The position numbers were made by a program, and so were the translations under genes. A DNA stretch of 64,000 bases, taken from assembly GCA_022783865.1 (NCBI GenBank), contig JALFYY010000007.1:4020-68019 (forward strand). Direction: 5' to 3'. Positions 34,073-42,391 of this stretch are shown piece by piece. The notes beneath the pieces were generated by a model that did not search any database, was not told where the DNA came from, and worked only from the letters and a program-made list of their open reading frames with translations. The DNA is from Bacteroidales bacterium (GTDB lineage: Bacteria > Bacteroidota > Bacteroidia > Bacteroidales > Paludibacteraceae). Within the stretch, counting starts at the first letter, position 1, and every line of letters starts with the position of its first letter.

Positions 34073-35758
34073 TCAAAAAACAACCAATTTTTCTGTCGTA
34101 TTGTCCACACGGAGAATATAGATACCAGCATTGAGCGTGCAACGGTAATCGGAGGTGAACTGCATATCCAACAATTGTCCACCCATAGTATAGAGTGCCA
34201 CAGAAGCAGCCTTATCCGTTGCAACAGAAAGACATCCGTTGTTCAACGTCAGTGCATAACCGGCAGTTACATTCTCTACAGCAGAAGGAGTATCTTCAAT
34301 CTGATAAGAGAGCGTAAGCGTGCCATCGGTATTGCCAAGCAAGGTAAAGGATATTTGCTTATTACCAGGCACAAACATTTTCTCACCGGCTGTAGTAGTC
34401 GCCGTGTTATACAACGTAGCGGGCGATTCAGCAACATAGGTTTTCGACATGAACCAGTTCTTGTTGTCACCGGTCTTGACGAACACATAGGAGTCTTGTG
34501 TGAAAGTTGCAGTAAGTGCACCATTTACGAAATGATACTCACCCATATTGTCAGCATCGTCTTCGCAACCATAGTCAGCACCGTTGATGTAGCCTACAAG
34601 GTAGAAATCGCCCGTGATTTGAACAGGTGCGGTTACCGTCATTTCTTTGGTATCTTCCGCTGTAGCACCGCCATCACCGGCAACACTTACTTTCACAGTA
34701 TAAACACCTTCAGCAGCAGGTGTGTAGGCAACACCTTCCAAAGCAACAAAGTCAGTTGCTTCCGGAGCCTTCACGCTATAGGTATAAACAGGATTTTCTA
34801 TATTCATTGCCGTAGCGGAGAATGTAACTTCTTCGTTTACAACAGCGCGTTCGGGTACGTCAAGAACAACCAGAGGAGTTTCATCAGCCACAACACTCAG
34901 TGTGCTTGCAGCATAATCGTAGGTATAAGTAACCATCATGCCCGTAGCGGCAGGAGCACCCGTAATCTGATCAGCGGAAATCCATTTGGCACCGGCATCA
35001 CCAGCCGTTGTATTGACGTTGACACCACCTCCCTGCCAATAATCTTTTCTGCTGAAAGTACCGTTGTCTTGCTTCGTCATCTCGCGCCATTCCCATGCAT
35101 TGTTTTCGAAGGGGTGTTTCAGATACATCTTGTCAGGCAGTACAATTACCACTTCACCATCGAAGCTGTTGGTCCAACCGTTGTTGTAATACAAGTTTTC
35201 GGGATCAACGGTGAGGTCATCGGTTTTCTGCGAACCGTTATTAAAGATAATATTGGCAGGCACACCACCTTTGAAATCAACAGAGAACCAACCGGCATGG
35301 TCAGCCACAGCAGTCATCTCAGTACCGGGCCAACCGGCAGTAACGGCAGCACCTCCCCATCCGTAAGCATACACCTTATCCCAATTTTTGACATTGTTGT
35401 AGTAAATGGTATAGATTTCCACAATCACTTCACCATCGAAGGAGGAAGTCCAACCGTCGTTATAATAAGGTTTGGCGGCATCCAAAGTAAGGTCACCGGT
35501 TTGACCTTTTCCACCTCCAACGCCATTGTTGAAGATAATCTTTGTAGCCTTGGTTTCGTCCACTTCGACAGAGAACCAACCAGCATGATCAGCCACAGCC
35601 GTCATCTCAGTACCGGGCCATTTGCCCAAGGTCTCTTCAGAGAACGTGTAGGCACATACTTTCGTCCAATTGGAAGCAGTGTTGTTGTAGAAAACAGTCA
35701 GCGCATTAGCAGCCATAGAAAAGAGGGCAAGCGCCAACATAAGTGTAAATTTTTTCAT
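34073..35758 (-). CDS. secreted protein with two starch-binding-module-like repeats, Ig-like region and T9SS CTD
   Basis: A duplicated module reads YYNN..NW.KVYAY.W...WPGTEMTAVADHAGWFSV...IIFNNG...T.DL...YYN.GW (CBM25/26-like, from memory). The tail is AGIYILRVDNTTEKLVVF. Confidence 0.75.
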   Translation of the reverse strand: MKKFTLMLALALFSMAANALTVFYNNTASNWTKVCAYTFSEETLGKWPGTEMTAVADHAGWFSVEVDETKATKIIFNNGVGGGKGQTGDLTLDAAKPYYNDGWTSSFDGEVIVEIYTIYYNNVKNWDKVYAYGWGGAAVTAGWPGTEMTAVADHAGWFSVDFKGGVPANIIFNNGSQKTDDLTVDPENLYYNNGWTNSFDGEVVIVLPDKMYLKHPFENNAWEWREMTKQDNGTFSRKDYWQGGGVNVNTTAGDAGAKWISADQITGAPAATGMMVTYTYDYAASTLSVVADETPLVVLDVPERAVVNEEVTFSATAMNIENPVYTYSVKAPEATDFVALEGVAYTPAAEGVYTVKVSVAGDGGATAEDTKEMTVTAPVQITGDFYLVGYINGADYGCEDDADNMGEYHFVNGALTATFTQDSYVFVKTGDNKNWFMSKTYVAESPATLYNTATTTAGEKMFVPGNKQISFTLLGNTDGTLTLSYQIEDTPSAVENVTAGYALTLNNGCLSVATDKAASVALYTMGGQLLDMQFTSDYRCTLNAGIYILRVDNTTEKLVVF

Positions 35759-35822
35759 GTTGATTTATGTTAAAAAGTTATACATACGGGGAGCGGAAAA
35801 AGGATTCCGCTCCCTTAATAAT

Positions 35823-38342
35823 TTATTGCTTGATAAAGAGCTGTGTAGTGCACTCACCTGCTTTTGTACGCAGCCGGAGCAGATACATACCTGCCTGCAA
35901 ACCGGCAACATCCATGGAATAGACGTTGTTAACAGGCTGACAGGATTCCGCCTTTTGGCATTGACCGGTGAGCGAATAAACAGAGATTGTAGCCAATTCA
36001 GACTCGGTTTGCACCATCAACAGATTGTGAACAGGGTTAGGATAGACTGTGATGCGAGTAGCAGCCTGAATATTCTCCACAGCGGTCATTTGGCAATCAG
36101 CAACGAGCTTCTCCGCCCCATTCTCCCAAGCATAGCAAACATCTTCGTCAGTATAGAGGTCGGCCGTCTGGTCTTTGCCACTTCCGGCATTGAAGATGAA
36201 ATTCACTTCTTTAAGAGCAGCATCGAACTGATAGGAATACCAACCATCAGCGGATGCGGTAAGTTCCGTACCGGGCCATTTGCCAAGATAGGTAGTTTCG
36301 TCAGTGACCGACCAAGCATAGAGATACACTTTGCTCCACGAAGCCGGTTTATAGAAACGCACCGTGATAGGCGTAGTTTGCGGTTCCTTATATGTATAGG
36401 TATAGGTCTGCACAGCGGTTTCCTGTGTTCCTGAAACGGCATAGGCTTTGAGCGTTGTAGTTTGTTTTAGGGTGACAGGAGCGGAATAAGTCTGCTTTGC
36501 AGGCGAAGTTTTAGGATTGCTGCCATCGAGCGTATAGTAGATAGTAGCATTGCCGGCACCGACAGCCTGCATAGTAACGGTGATGCCTTTGGTATTGTCT
36601 TTGAAAGTGGTGCTACCGGGTGATACCATCAGCGTAGGTGCGACAGGCGTAGTAGTCTGATAGTAAACGCCATAACCATTTCCCTTGACAGCCAAAGTAT
36701 AGCCTGTAGGAGTGGTGGCATAACCGCTGTTAGGACCCAAGAAGAGTTTGATAGAGCCGTTTTTACCGGTGATAGTAGCCCGATAGAAACCGTTGCCCGC
36801 TTCGTCGGACACACTGCTTTCGCTATGTACACCCGTGGCATGACGGGCGATAATCATCTTACTGATTTCGTTTTTGAACGTAACCCAATGCGGATAGAAC
36901 ACACAGGGTACACCCGGCATAGAAAGGATATAAGCATTGGCTTGCAAGAGTTTGTCTTTCATCTTCATACTCTGCCCTGCTCCACCGAATTCGTTGCCAT
37001 CACGCTGGTAAGTATCGTGCGAATCGACAAAGGTAACAGCATATTTGCCCATTCCTTTGCCCAACAAGCCAGCACCTTTGCAACCGGCATAGTTGCCTTT
37101 GGCGATACCATCGTTGAGAGCAGTATATTTAGTAGCGAAGTCGAAAGTAAGGGTATTCTTAGCGGCATCGTTAAGATAGTTAGCCAAAGCGTTGGGATTG
37201 CCGTCCCAATACTCGGTTACGGAGAAATAGTTTTTGGCAGCGGAGTTATACTCATTGACATGCGAGCCATGGAAGCCTTTGCAATAGTCGTAGCGCCACC
37301 CATCGTATTTCATATCGTATTTCATCCATTGAAGATAAGCACGGAACATACTGCGGACAGTGGCATTGCAATGGTCCCAATCGCGTGCATCAGGATAGTT
37401 AGCTTCACTTCCGTATCCATCGTCGGCAGCTCCGGTAGCCTTTCCTTTGCAACCGGCAGAACCTTTGGTATTGACCTCATCGGTTTTGCAAATCCAAGCA
37501 GCCGTAGGAGAGAACTTGCCATACTTGCCAAAGTCCAAGTCGTAGAAATCGCACCAAGTGGATTTGTTATTAGCATGATTGATAACGATATCGGCAATCA
37601 CTTTGGTATCGGTAGCATGCAAAGCGGCAATCAGTGCCTCCAACTCGGCACGTGAACCCCAAGCACTGGTCTGGTTGGAGTATTGAGAAGGCAAGTAGCC
37701 TACTCCCCCCGAGGATTTAGCCGAAGGCGGCAACCAAACCATATCGAAATATGCACCTATCTCGCTTGCTTGCGCAAGAAGGGTTTTCCACTTTGTATCG
37801 CCATGCCCTTTGTCGGAATAGGAATCCCAATAGAAACCTTGCAACATGACATCGGGACACTGCGCGGGAACAGAGGTTGTATAGTCTTTGGGCATATATT
37901 CACCCGGATTTTCGGGATCGGGATCAGGATCGGGATCTGGGTCAGGATCGGGATTCGGGTCGGGATCTACAGGCGTACAAGTGGTGTTCTCCTGGATATA
38001 GAGCATATCGTCGTTGGACCTGAGCTTGAGATAGAAATCGTAAACACCAGCCACATTACAAGTCACCTTCGTACCGGCAGTGAAATTAGCATAAGCACCA
38101 AAAGGGTCGATAACACCAATGGTCCATTCGGCTTTTGAAGATTCGTCGTAGCAAGTAATGACATCGCCGGCAGCCAATTTGACACAAGAAGCCAAGTATT
38201 GGGTACGACCCTGCATATCAGCTTCTCCAGTCGGGGTAGCAGGATAGTCTGTTTTGCCATTCACACGGATAGAAAACGGTTCCGCAAAAGCGACACCAGT
38301 CAACAGCAAACAAAACAGAATAGAAAGTATTTGTTTTTTCAT
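35823..38342 (-). CDS. GH13 alpha-amylase with (Asp-Pro)n linker, starch-binding module and T9SS CTD
   Basis: VMLQGFYWDS, VIADIVINHAN, DGWRYDYCKGF, VTEYWD and TFVDSHD are present. The linker is DPDPNPDPDPDPDPDPDPENP. The canonical CTD reads YPNPVHNLLMV...GMYLLRLRTKAGECTTQLFIKQ. Confidence 0.9.
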   Translation of the reverse strand: MKKQILSILFCLLLTGVAFAEPFSIRVNGKTDYPATPTGEADMQGRTQYLASCVKLAAGDVITCYDESSKAEWTIGVIDPFGAYANFTAGTKVTCNVAGVYDFYLKLRSNDDMLYIQENTTCTPVDPDPNPDPDPDPDPDPDPENPGEYMPKDYTTSVPAQCPDVMLQGFYWDSYSDKGHGDTKWKTLLAQASEIGAYFDMVWLPPSAKSSGGVGYLPSQYSNQTSAWGSRAELEALIAALHATDTKVIADIVINHANNKSTWCDFYDLDFGKYGKFSPTAAWICKTDEVNTKGSAGCKGKATGAADDGYGSEANYPDARDWDHCNATVRSMFRAYLQWMKYDMKYDGWRYDYCKGFHGSHVNEYNSAAKNYFSVTEYWDGNPNALANYLNDAAKNTLTFDFATKYTALNDGIAKGNYAGCKGAGLLGKGMGKYAVTFVDSHDTYQRDGNEFGGAGQSMKMKDKLLQANAYILSMPGVPCVFYPHWVTFKNEISKMIIARHATGVHSESSVSDEAGNGFYRATITGKNGSIKLFLGPNSGYATTPTGYTLAVKGNGYGVYYQTTTPVAPTLMVSPGSTTFKDNTKGITVTMQAVGAGNATIYYTLDGSNPKTSPAKQTYSAPVTLKQTTTLKAYAVSGTQETAVQTYTYTYKEPQTTPITVRFYKPASWSKVYLYAWSVTDETTYLGKWPGTELTASADGWYSYQFDAALKEVNFIFNAGSGKDQTADLYTDEDVCYAWENGAEKLVADCQMTAVENIQAATRITVYPNPVHNLLMVQTESELATISVYSLTGQCQKAESCQPVNNVYSMDVAGLQAGMYLLRLRTKAGECTTQLFIKQ
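37914..37968. repeat. imperfect hexanucleotide repeat (GGATCR)n encoding the (Asp-Pro)n linker
   Basis: cgggatcgggatcaggatcgggatctgggtcaggatcgggattcgggtcgggatc. Confidence 0.85.
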
Positions 38343-38385
38343 ATTCTATGTATCAGTTTTCAGGGTTAAGTATTCATTTAGCATG

Positions 38386-38393
38386 CAAAGATA
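38386..38393 (-). promoter_or_regulatory. -7 box TAtcTTTG (amylolytic cluster)
   Basis: 44 nt upstream of ATG 38342. Confidence 0.55.
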
Positions 38394-38487
38394 CGTCAGA
38401 AATCAAGAAATTCCAAGCCCAAAATGACGAGCTAAGGAAACTTTCAGGACGAACGGCAGGATTTTATAGATGAACGGAGAGAATGTA

Positions 38488-38543
38488 GGACGATTGGACA
38501 ATTGGACGATTTCACAATTGGACAATTTGACAATTCGAGATTG
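38488..38543. repeat. tandem array of seven 8-bp words (GGACAATT family)
   Basis: ggacgatt ggacaatt ggacgatt tcacaatt ggacaatt tgacaatt cgagattg. Confidence 0.9.
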
Positions 38544-38559
38544 AACGCCTATGATATGC

Positions 38560-38625
38560 GGAATCACCCAGTAATCACCCAGTAATCACCAAATAACGAT
38601 AGGATAGTTAATAGTTAATAGTTAA
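38560..38625. repeat. 11-bp x3 (GTAATCACCCA) and 7-bp x3 (TAGTTAA) tandem repeats
   Basis: ggaatcaccca gtaatcaccca gtaatcaccaa ... tagttaa tagttaa tagttaa. Confidence 0.85.
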
Positions 38626-38660
38626 TATTGCATTGAAGAGTAATGTATGACAAACATATT

Positions 38661-38699
38661 TGACGATTTACGATTAGACAATTTGACAATTGGACAATT
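38661..38699. repeat. GACAATT-word array (second block)
   Basis: tgacgatt tacgatt agacaatt tgacaatt ggacaatt. The same string TGACRATTTACGATT recurs at 45504-45526 and, reverse-complemented, at 10219-10247. Confidence 0.85.
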
Positions 38700-38756
38700 A
38701 TACAGGCGAGACCACAGAAATGCTCCTGTGCACCGACAGACATTATCAAGCATTTT

Positions 38757-38776
38757 AGACGGGGCACGCCCCGTCT
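38757..38776. repeat. REP-like palindrome AGACGGGGCACGCCCCGTCT (copy 2)
   Basis: Identical to copy 1, including the 3' flank CTACA. Confidence 0.9.
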
Positions 38777-38855
38777 CTACAAAGATGCAGTTGGAGATTC
38801 AGACGCAATCGGACAAGTCCTAATCGCGTCTCTACATGGCATTGATGAATAATTC

Positions 38856-38875
38856 AGACGGAGCACGCTCCGTCT
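38856..38875. repeat. REP-like palindrome variant AGACGGAGCACGCTCCGTCT (copy 3)
   Basis: It carries a compensatory double change (G to A and C to T) that keeps the stem paired. The same CTACA flank follows. Confidence 0.9.
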
Positions 38876-38888
38876 CTACAGAACAGAA

Positions 38889-39419
38889 TCATATAATATC
38901 CGACAAGTCTGACAAGTGCAGCAAACCTTCGGGCACAGACATCGTGATTTGCCTCAGGTCGGCGTCAACGGCTTGCACCAAATCTTCGTGGAACGGCAAA
39001 AGCAGACCATTGTCCAATACCAAAAGCGTATTGACTGTAGAAGTATCCACCTCCACTACCCGACCCAACAAGCCTTTTTCACGCTCCACCACCTGATAGC
39101 CAACAAATGAACCGACAGACTGCTGCAGTTCTATATCTTGGGGCAATTGACGCTGATGGAGATAGACTTTTGCACCCGTCAAACGCAATGCCTGTTCTGC
39201 CGTATCAATATCACAGAACTTCACCAAAACAGTATCGCCGGTGGTAAAACGATATTCTTCGATGAAGAAAGGCACCAAGATATGGTCGAGTTCCAATATC
39301 AGATAATCAGGGTCGGCAAGGTCGAAACAATCGTTTTGCAATTCGCAAACTATTTCACCACGAGTGGCATGCGGCTTGCGCAAAATACCTATCTGTATAA
39401 CTTCTTGGAGGGTAATCAT
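38889..39419 (-). CDS. rimM: 16S rRNA processing protein RimM
   Basis: IGILRKPHATRGEIVCEL...PFFIEEYRF pattern (RimM plus PRC barrel), 176 aa. Confidence 0.9.
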   Translation of the reverse strand: MITLQEVIQIGILRKPHATRGEIVCELQNDCFDLADPDYLILELDHILVPFFIEEYRFTTGDTVLVKFCDIDTAEQALRLTGAKVYLHQRQLPQDIELQQSVGSFVGYQVVEREKGLLGRVVEVDTSTVNTLLVLDNGLLLPFHEDLVQAVDADLRQITMSVPEGLLHLSDLSDII

Positions 39420-39421
39420 GG

Positions 39422-39453
39422 GAGATGAGGAGTTGAGGAGATGAGGAGTTGTT
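39422..39453. repeat. 8-bp word array (GAGWTGAG x4), same word family as 8941-9004
   Basis: gagatgag gagttgag gagatgag gagttgtt, lying between the rimM start and the stop of the upstream gene. Confidence 0.85.
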
Positions 39454-39923
39454 TATGGGGTGATATAAAGTTTGCCTTTCTGCGGGTCAAAGCGTGTGGT
39501 ATATTGCCTAAGGGCTTCCTTTGAAATACCTTTGACGGGCACTCCCAATCCGTAAGAGAGGTCGTATTCTTCCCCACAAACCGGACAAACGGCAAACCAT
39601 GCAAACAATGCTGCGTCCGGCTCAATCACTTCGTCACGTGACAGGCAATGCGGACAAGCCAAATCGTAGGCATGATAAGCACCGTCCATACCGATATGCA
39701 CCAGCAATCCTGCATAGCCGACATAATCCACTCCTTCGTAGCGCGGTTTCTGAAAGACCAGATACTGCAACGTGTTCGATTGCACGAAATGCGGATATTC
39801 AGCCCATATATTGAGTTCCATACGCACCGGGAATGCCGGTACGGAACTGCGATAGGTGGTATCGTCACAACTACAGAGCACCATCAGTATCAGCCAAAAG
39901 CCATATAAGCGAAAACATTTCAA
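39453..39923 (-). CDS. lipoprotein with CPHC...CPVC zinc-ribbon/Rieske-like motif, function unknown
   Basis: Lipoprotein signal LILMVLCSC and two CxxC pairs (CPHC, CPVC). There is a 4-nt overlap with the upstream FKBP gene. Confidence 0.6.
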   Translation of the reverse strand: MKCFRLYGFWLILMVLCSCDDTTYRSSVPAFPVRMELNIWAEYPHFVQSNTLQYLVFQKPRYEGVDYVGYAGLLVHIGMDGAYHAYDLACPHCLSRDEVIEPDAALFAWFAVCPVCGEEYDLSYGLGVPVKGISKEALRQYTTRFDPQKGKLYITP

Positions 39924-40399
39924 TTCTGCACGTCCTCCAATGTGACATCAAAAATCAAAGTAGAATAAGGCGGAATGGACGAAGGCCGGTTCTTGTTCTC
40001 CGCATCGCCATAGCCCAACTCCCAAGGAATATACAACTCATAGTGCGCTTTCTTCTGCATCAGTTTCAGTCCTTCTGCAAAACCTGTAATTGTTTGCGGC
40101 AAATAGAATGAACTCCATTCAGTTTTCATCGGATCTATCACCTTACCATTTATCAAACGAAGTTCATATCTCACATATACAGTGCTGGTGGGTCCTGGCT
40201 TTTTATCTTTATCAATGCCGAGAAAATCCACTTTATATTGCAAACCGGAACCAGTAGGCGAAAGTTGTACACCCGGGGCATCGGCATTCTGCTCTATCCA
40301 CAGTTCGTTTTGCAGTTTCCAATCCACCCAATCGTCTTGTTTGCATCCGGTGAATAGCAATGCGAGTGTTGCAATAAGCAATAATGTTTTCTGTTTCAT
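39920..40399 (-). CDS. FKBP-type peptidyl-prolyl cis-trans isomerase (lipoprotein)
   Basis: The C-terminal ITGFAEGLKLMQKKAHYELYIPWELGYGD...IPPYSTLIFDVTLEDV is FKBP_C. It has an N-terminal lipobox. Confidence 0.85.
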   Translation of the reverse strand: MKQKTLLLIATLALLFTGCKQDDWVDWKLQNELWIEQNADAPGVQLSPTGSGLQYKVDFLGIDKDKKPGPTSTVYVRYELRLINGKVIDPMKTEWSSFYLPQTITGFAEGLKLMQKKAHYELYIPWELGYGDAENKNRPSSIPPYSTLIFDVTLEDVQN

Positions 40400-40414
40400 A
40401 TTGTTATCCTGTTA

Positions 40415-41587
40415 TTATTGTGCCAACCACAATGTAGGATTGAGCACGTCGGTATCTTTGCGTATTTGAAAAAATATCTCGGTTTGGTTGTCGTTGTCAG
40501 GGTCGGTATATATCTTGCCAATTTTCTGTTTGGCTTGCAGTTTATCGCCCATCTTCACGTAGAGCGTCGTGAGGTTGCTATACACCGTGCGATAGTTGCC
40601 GTGCTTGAGAATCACCACATTCTGTCCGCCGGAAACAAAGACTGCCGAAACCTCCCCTTCGTAAACAGCGCGAGCAATTGCTCCTGCTGTAGTCTGAATG
40701 TAAATGCCACGGTTGTTGACCGTTACATGCGACAAGGTGGGATGCGGCTGCACACCGAATTGTCCGCTTACAAAGCCTTTTTCCGTGGGCCAAGGCAAAC
40801 GCCCTTTGTTTTTCTCGAAGCCGCCTGCCAGCAGTTTTTCTTCTTTGGTGAGCGTATTGGCGGTCTTCTTCACATCTTTCTGAATGAGCCGGTCGATTTG
40901 CTTATTCAGTTCGTTGGCTTTCTGCTGCTGTTTCTTCTGCTGTGCCAACAAGGTCTTTTCTTTCTTCTTCAGTTCGGTGAGCATCTGCTTCTGTTTCCGC
41001 TCGTCGCGTGTCAGATTGTCCTGCTCCCGCTTCTGCACTTGCAAAACATTCTGTTTGTTTTTACGGTTCGTCTGCAAAAGTTCGTTCTGCCGGTCGATGG
41101 CTTCTTGTTTTTCCTCAATCTGTTGTACCTGTTGCCGGCGATATTGTGCAAACTCCTGCATATAGCGCAAACGGCGATAGAACTGTTGAAAATCGGAAGC
41201 AGAGAGCAAGAACAGCAAAGGCGAATTCTGCATCGAAGCATAGTGGGTTTGCCTAACGAGGTTCACATAGTCGGCTTTGAGCGAATCCAACTCTTGTTGC
41301 AACACAGTCTTTTCCGCTTTAAGCGTCTGCATCTCACGGTCTAATGCCCCAATCTCCGCATTGATATTGGAGATAAGTTGGCGGCGCGTCTTGATATCCT
41401 TGTTCAGGAGGTTCAGTTTGTTGATAGTAGCCGTCTCGTTGCGCTTGGTTTCTTTGAGCATCTTGCCGGTTTGCTCCAATTGCTGCAAAGTCTGCTTGCG
41501 TTGCTTCTCCAACTCCTTTACGCTTTGCCCCATAAGCGACAAAGTGACGAGGGTTGCCAACAAACATATATAAAGTATTCGTTTCAT
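40415..41587 (-). CDS. M23 peptidase-domain murein hydrolase activator (EnvC-like)
   Basis: A long Q/K-rich coiled coil is followed by LPWPTEKGFVSGQFG...GIYIQTTAGAIARAVYEGEVSAVF...VILKHGNYRTVYSNL. Confidence 0.85.
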   Translation of the reverse strand: MKRILYICLLATLVTLSLMGQSVKELEKQRKQTLQQLEQTGKMLKETKRNETATINKLNLLNKDIKTRRQLISNINAEIGALDREMQTLKAEKTVLQQELDSLKADYVNLVRQTHYASMQNSPLLFLLSASDFQQFYRRLRYMQEFAQYRRQQVQQIEEKQEAIDRQNELLQTNRKNKQNVLQVQKREQDNLTRDERKQKQMLTELKKKEKTLLAQQKKQQQKANELNKQIDRLIQKDVKKTANTLTKEEKLLAGGFEKNKGRLPWPTEKGFVSGQFGVQPHPTLSHVTVNNRGIYIQTTAGAIARAVYEGEVSAVFVSGGQNVVILKHGNYRTVYSNLTTLYVKMGDKLQAKQKIGKIYTDPDNDNQTEIFFQIRKDTDVLNPTLWLAQ

Positions 41588-41590
41588 CGG

Positions 41591-42391
41591 TTATTTGCTG
41601 AGTAAGGTTGAGAGGTTCACTTGTTTGTATCTATCCAATTCCAATGGTTTGACATTCACATTACATTCAAAGCACAAGCGTTGCAAGCTGATTGTACAAG
41701 AACCCGTCAGTTTGGGCAGATTGAATATCAACTCTATCACCTGCGGAAAGTACACACCATCCACCGTCTCAGGTTGCCTATAACATACCTGAGCGGTATA
41801 GTTGGTCATTGGCACAGATAGTTCGGTTTGTTGCAAAGCATAATCGTCTTTTCCGACGACATAAGTATAGCGAAGCAAGCCTGCGTTGTGTTGCAACAGC
41901 CAGTGTCCGTCTTCCTGTGTCAGACGGAAATTGAGGTCAGGTATGCGTGAGGGCTCTTTGCCTATCACAAACAAGCGGTTAGTGCACAAGGCTTGGATAT
42001 CTTGGAACGAAACGGGCATATGCGCTTTCTTTTGCAGTTCCCCGAAAGTCATTCTCACAAACCGACGGTTCATTTTATCCACCACAACAACCGCCTGCGG
42101 CGTCAACTCAATACGCAACATCTCGATACCCAACATGGGTTGCACCGAAACCAGAATAGCCGAATCGGTATAGATGTTGATAGTACCGGAAGCCGTAATC
42201 AGCCGTTCTTCATAACGGATAGAGAAACGCACTTTTGCCGCCTTTGCCGTTTGGAAGACGGGTTGGTGTTGCACGACTTGCTCCAACACCTGCTTTTTGC
42301 CTTCACGACGATGAGGGGCTTGTCCGGTTTTTTGCGTATGGCAAGCAGTCATCAACAAAAGTACCGCCAATATGTAAATCAACCTTTTCAT
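41591..42391 (-). CDS. DUF4292-like lipoprotein
   Basis: Lipobox LLLMTACHT. It occupies the usual position between the TPR protein and the M23 peptidase downstream of dut in Bacteroidales (family assignment from memory). Confidence 0.6.
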   Translation of the reverse strand: MKRLIYILAVLLLMTACHTQKTGQAPHRREGKKQVLEQVVQHQPVFQTAKAAKVRFSIRYEERLITASGTINIYTDSAILVSVQPMLGIEMLRIELTPQAVVVVDKMNRRFVRMTFGELQKKAHMPVSFQDIQALCTNRLFVIGKEPSRIPDLNFRLTQEDGHWLLQHNAGLLRYTYVVGKDDYALQQTELSVPMTNYTAQVCYRQPETVDGVYFPQVIELIFNLPKLTGSCTISLQRLCFECNVNVKPLELDRYKQVNLSTLLSK

